From: a bacterium
GTDB taxonomy: Bacteria > JACRDZ01 > JAQUKH01
Length of the DNA: 41,973 bases
Direction of reading: 5' to 3'
Assembly (NCBI GenBank): GCA_028719205.1
Contig: JAQUKH010000025.1
Location: 1-41,973, forward strand
This document shows, piece by piece, positions 39,283-41,973 of the stretch. Position 1 is the first letter of the stretch; each line of letters begins with the position of its first letter. The position numbers and the translations under genes are program-made. Under the pieces are notes generated by a model, which did no database searches, was not told the origin of the DNA, and saw only the letters and a program-made list of their open reading frames with translations.

Positions 39283-39714
39283 ATGAAGAGATTTTATATT
39301 CTGATTGCTGTCAGTTTTTTTGTTATTGCGGCTGTAAATAAAATCTGTTTATCAGAAGATAAAAAAGGCAATATTTCTAATAGTACGCAGATAGTTATTG
39401 AACATGACACTGCTGTTAATGAGGAAAATATGACACAGGCGGAATGGGAAGAAAGGGAGCGAAATCTCGCGGATAAGGCTCTATTTGAAAAGAAATGCGG
39501 AAAATGTCATTCTATAGATCGGCCGCTTTCTTATAAAAAGACACTTAAAGAATGGAATGCGACAGTTGACAAAATGCAAAAAAAGGATCTTACGTGGATT
39601 TTGCCCGCGGAAGCCGTAACTATTGCTGATTATTTATTTAAAATAAATGGAATAAAAGAAAAGGAAGAGGGAATAAAACCGGATACAACTTTTCAACTGA
39701 AAAAGATAAAATAA
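39283..39714 (+). CDS. Exported monoheme c-type cytochrome-like protein
   Basis: Signal peptide, single CGKCH, downstream W..TV.KM. Confidence 0.8.
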   Translation: MKRFYILIAVSFFVIAAVNKICLSEDKKGNISNSTQIVIEHDTAVNEENMTQAEWEERERNLADKALFEKKCGKCHSIDRPLSYKKTLKEWNATVDKMQKKDLTWILPAEAVTIADYLFKINGIKEKEEGIKPDTTFQLKKIK

Positions 39715-39765
39715 GTTTAGGTGCTTTATTGTGTCACAGTTCCTTAAGGCAAATTGGATTTAATT

Positions 39766-41409
39766 ATGAGGAAAAACCTGAAAACTCAGGAAGGTTATTT
39801 TTGTCTGATGTTACACGCCCATTTGCCTTTTGTGCGTCATCCGGAGGAAGAACATTTCCTGGAAGAAAATTGGCTTTATGAGGCAATAACAGAAACATAT
39901 ATCCCGTTAATAATTGCCTTTGATAAACTGGTAGAAGAAGGCGTTGATTTCCGGATAACAATGTCTCTGACCCCGCCGCTTGTTTCAATGCTTACGGACC
40001 CGCTTTTACAGAATCGCTATATTCGTCACCTGAAAAAATTGATCGAACTGTCGCATAAAGAAATAAGCCGTACAGAATATGACCCTAAATTTCATAAACT
40101 CGCGCTTATGTATAACGGGCGTTTCAATGAAACAATGGATGTGTTTGTTAATAAGTATAACAAGGATATTGTTTCCGCGTTCAGGAAATTTCAGGATCTG
40201 GGAGTGCTTGAAATTGTGGCTTCATGCGCGACCCATGGTTTTTTGCCAAATCTTAATATTAATATTTCGGATGTTAAAGCGCAGATACTTGTCGGTGTTG
40301 AAAATTACATAAAAACATTTAAAAAAAAGCCAAAAGGTTTCTGGCTGCCGGAATGCGGATATTACGCGGGTGTGGATGAAGTTCTTAAAGAGGCCGGGAT
40401 AAAATATTTTTTTCTTGATTCACACGGTATAATGAACGCGGACCCCAGGCCGCGATATGGTGTTTACGCGCCGCTTTTTTGTCCTTCAGGCGTCGCGTGT
40501 TTCGGCCGCGATTTCGAGTCGTCGAAACAGGTATGGAGTTCAAAGGAAGGCTATCCCGGGGATCCGGATTATCGCGAATATTACAGGGATATCGGCCATG
40601 AACTGGATTATGATTATATAAAACCATATATTCATAATTTAGGTTTCAGGATCAATACAGGCATGAAATATTGGCGGATAACAGGTCCAACAGAACTTAA
40701 AGAGGTTTATCTGCCTGACGCGGCACGGGAAAAAGCCGCTGTGCATGCCGGTAATTTTATGTTTAACAGAGAGAGACAGATAGAACATCTTTCAGCTCAT
40801 ATGGACAGGAAACCTATTATTATTGCTCCTTATGATGCCGAACTTTTCGGGCATTGGTGGTTTGAAGGCCCGATTTTTATAGAATATCTGATAAGAAAAA
40901 TCGTTTTTGACCAGAAAACAGTTGGTTTAATTACACCTTCGGAATATATAGAAGAGTATCCGGTCAATCAGATGTCTCTTCCTTCAGCTTCAAGCTGGGG
41001 ATATAAGGGTTATGGTGAGGTATGGCTTGATGCTTCAAATGACTGGTTATATCCGCATCTTCATGAAGCGGGCCGAAGGATGGCGGAGCTTAGTAAAAAA
41101 TTTTCTTCACATTTAAATAAAAATAATTTAATAAAACGGGCATTGAATCAGGCAGGAAGAGAATTATTATTAGCCCAGTCAAGCGATTGGCCATTCATAA
41201 TGAAAACCGGAACGATGGTACCTTACGCGGAAAAAAGATTTAAACAGCATATCAGCCGGTTTAATAAGATCTATAATGATCTGCTGAATAAAAATATTGA
41301 TAAAAACTGGCTGGAAGAAGTTGAATCCAGGGATAATATATTCGGCAATATTGATTGCGCGAAATATTATTCAAATAAAATAAAAAAGGAGGTATTATGC
41401 AGGACATAA
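39766..41409 (+). CDS. GH57 1,4-alpha-glucan branching enzyme-like protein
   Basis: HAHLP, WLPECGY, YDAELFGHWWFEG, AQSSDW; start uncertain. Confidence 0.92.
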   Translation: MRKNLKTQEGYFCLMLHAHLPFVRHPEEEHFLEENWLYEAITETYIPLIIAFDKLVEEGVDFRITMSLTPPLVSMLTDPLLQNRYIRHLKKLIELSHKEISRTEYDPKFHKLALMYNGRFNETMDVFVNKYNKDIVSAFRKFQDLGVLEIVASCATHGFLPNLNINISDVKAQILVGVENYIKTFKKKPKGFWLPECGYYAGVDEVLKEAGIKYFFLDSHGIMNADPRPRYGVYAPLFCPSGVACFGRDFESSKQVWSSKEGYPGDPDYREYYRDIGHELDYDYIKPYIHNLGFRINTGMKYWRITGPTELKEVYLPDAAREKAAVHAGNFMFNRERQIEHLSAHMDRKPIIIAPYDAELFGHWWFEGPIFIEYLIRKIVFDQKTVGLITPSEYIEEYPVNQMSLPSASSWGYKGYGEVWLDASNDWLYPHLHEAGRRMAELSKKFSSHLNKNNLIKRALNQAGRELLLAQSSDWPFIMKTGTMVPYAEKRFKQHISRFNKIYNDLLNKNIDKNWLEEVESRDNIFGNIDCAKYYSNKIKKEVLCRT

Positions 41410-41973
41410 TCGACGGCCTTCCGAATATAACAGGAATTGATATAAGAAAATGTTTGCCTTCCCGTGAACCTGTTTTTGCGCCAATTTCAAATATAAAGTT
41501 TAAAAATATTCAATCGGGTTTTGGTGTAGCGCTCCATATGCATCAGCCTACAATACCCGCGTCTGCGGATGACCTGAAGAACGCGGAATTAATTTCTAAC
41601 CTGAAATATATGATGGACCATCAAAACATAGGCGATAATCATAACGCGCCGGTTTTTTTAGATTGCTATTCAAGAATGTCTGATATTATCAGGGAGTTCG
41701 TGGGGCAGGGTCATAATCCCCGTATTATGCTTGATTATTCAGGGAACCTTTTATGGGGAATCCCCCAGATGGGCGAAGGCAGGGTTATAGATAATCTAAA
41801 ACTTGTTACAACTGATAAAAAATATCACCGGTATGTGGAATGGTTAGGGACTACATGGTCTCATGCGGTTGTCAGTTCCACGCCTGTGCCTGATATTGAA
41901 CTTCATATAATGGCATGGAGGTCCCATTTCGCGTCAATATTCGGTATGGAAGCGATAAAAAGGGTAAAGGGTT
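41397..41973 (+). CDS. Second GH57-family protein (partial, runs off the window)
   Basis: ATG at 41397 after AAGGAGG; MQDIIDGLPN...ALHMHQP...MLDYSGNLLWG. Confidence 0.8.
   Translation, partial: MQDIIDGLPNITGIDIRKCLPSREPVFAPISNIKFKNIQSGFGVALHMHQPTIPASADDLKNAELISNLKYMMDHQNIGDNHNAPVFLDCYSRMSDIIREFVGQGHNPRIMLDYSGNLLWGIPQMGEGRVIDNLKLVTTDKKYHRYVEWLGTTWSHAVVSSTPVPDIELHIMAWRSHFASIFGMEAIKRVKG

Overview
AT-rich bacterial chromosome window, almost entirely on the + strand. (1) 1-15185: end of tuf and the complete S10-spc-alpha ribosomal protein cluster with secY, adk, map, infA and rpoA. (2) 15266-20466: a radical SAM gene followed by a small accessory island. It holds a RAYT (REP-associated tyrosine transposase) N-terminal remnant, a DUF2971-like gene, an HNH-type gene split by a complete 1.72 kb IS110/IS1111-type element, and an MNT-HEPN toxin-antitoxin pair. 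For the IS, the sequence shows the TG core, subterminal inverted repeats, a promoter formed only on circularisation, and a downstream non-coding region with candidate target and donor guides of a bridge RNA. (3) 20573-27061: prfA-prmC-murA-hisD, RNase H-like, NifU-C, Ogg and RRM genes. (4) 27220-34723: a nine-gene Rrf2-led sulfur assimilation operon (APS reductase, Sat, JAMM peptidase, two-module sulfite reductase-like protein, ThiS-TusA fusion, ThrC-like PLP enzyme, CysO/MoaD-MoeB fusion, NIL protein). Both of its ubiquitin-like sulfur carriers are encoded as internal-GG fusions. (5) 34773-41973: FGE-domain protein, mfd, a membrane protein, a monoheme cytochrome c and two GH57 genes. All calls come from reading motifs by eye; no searches were run.
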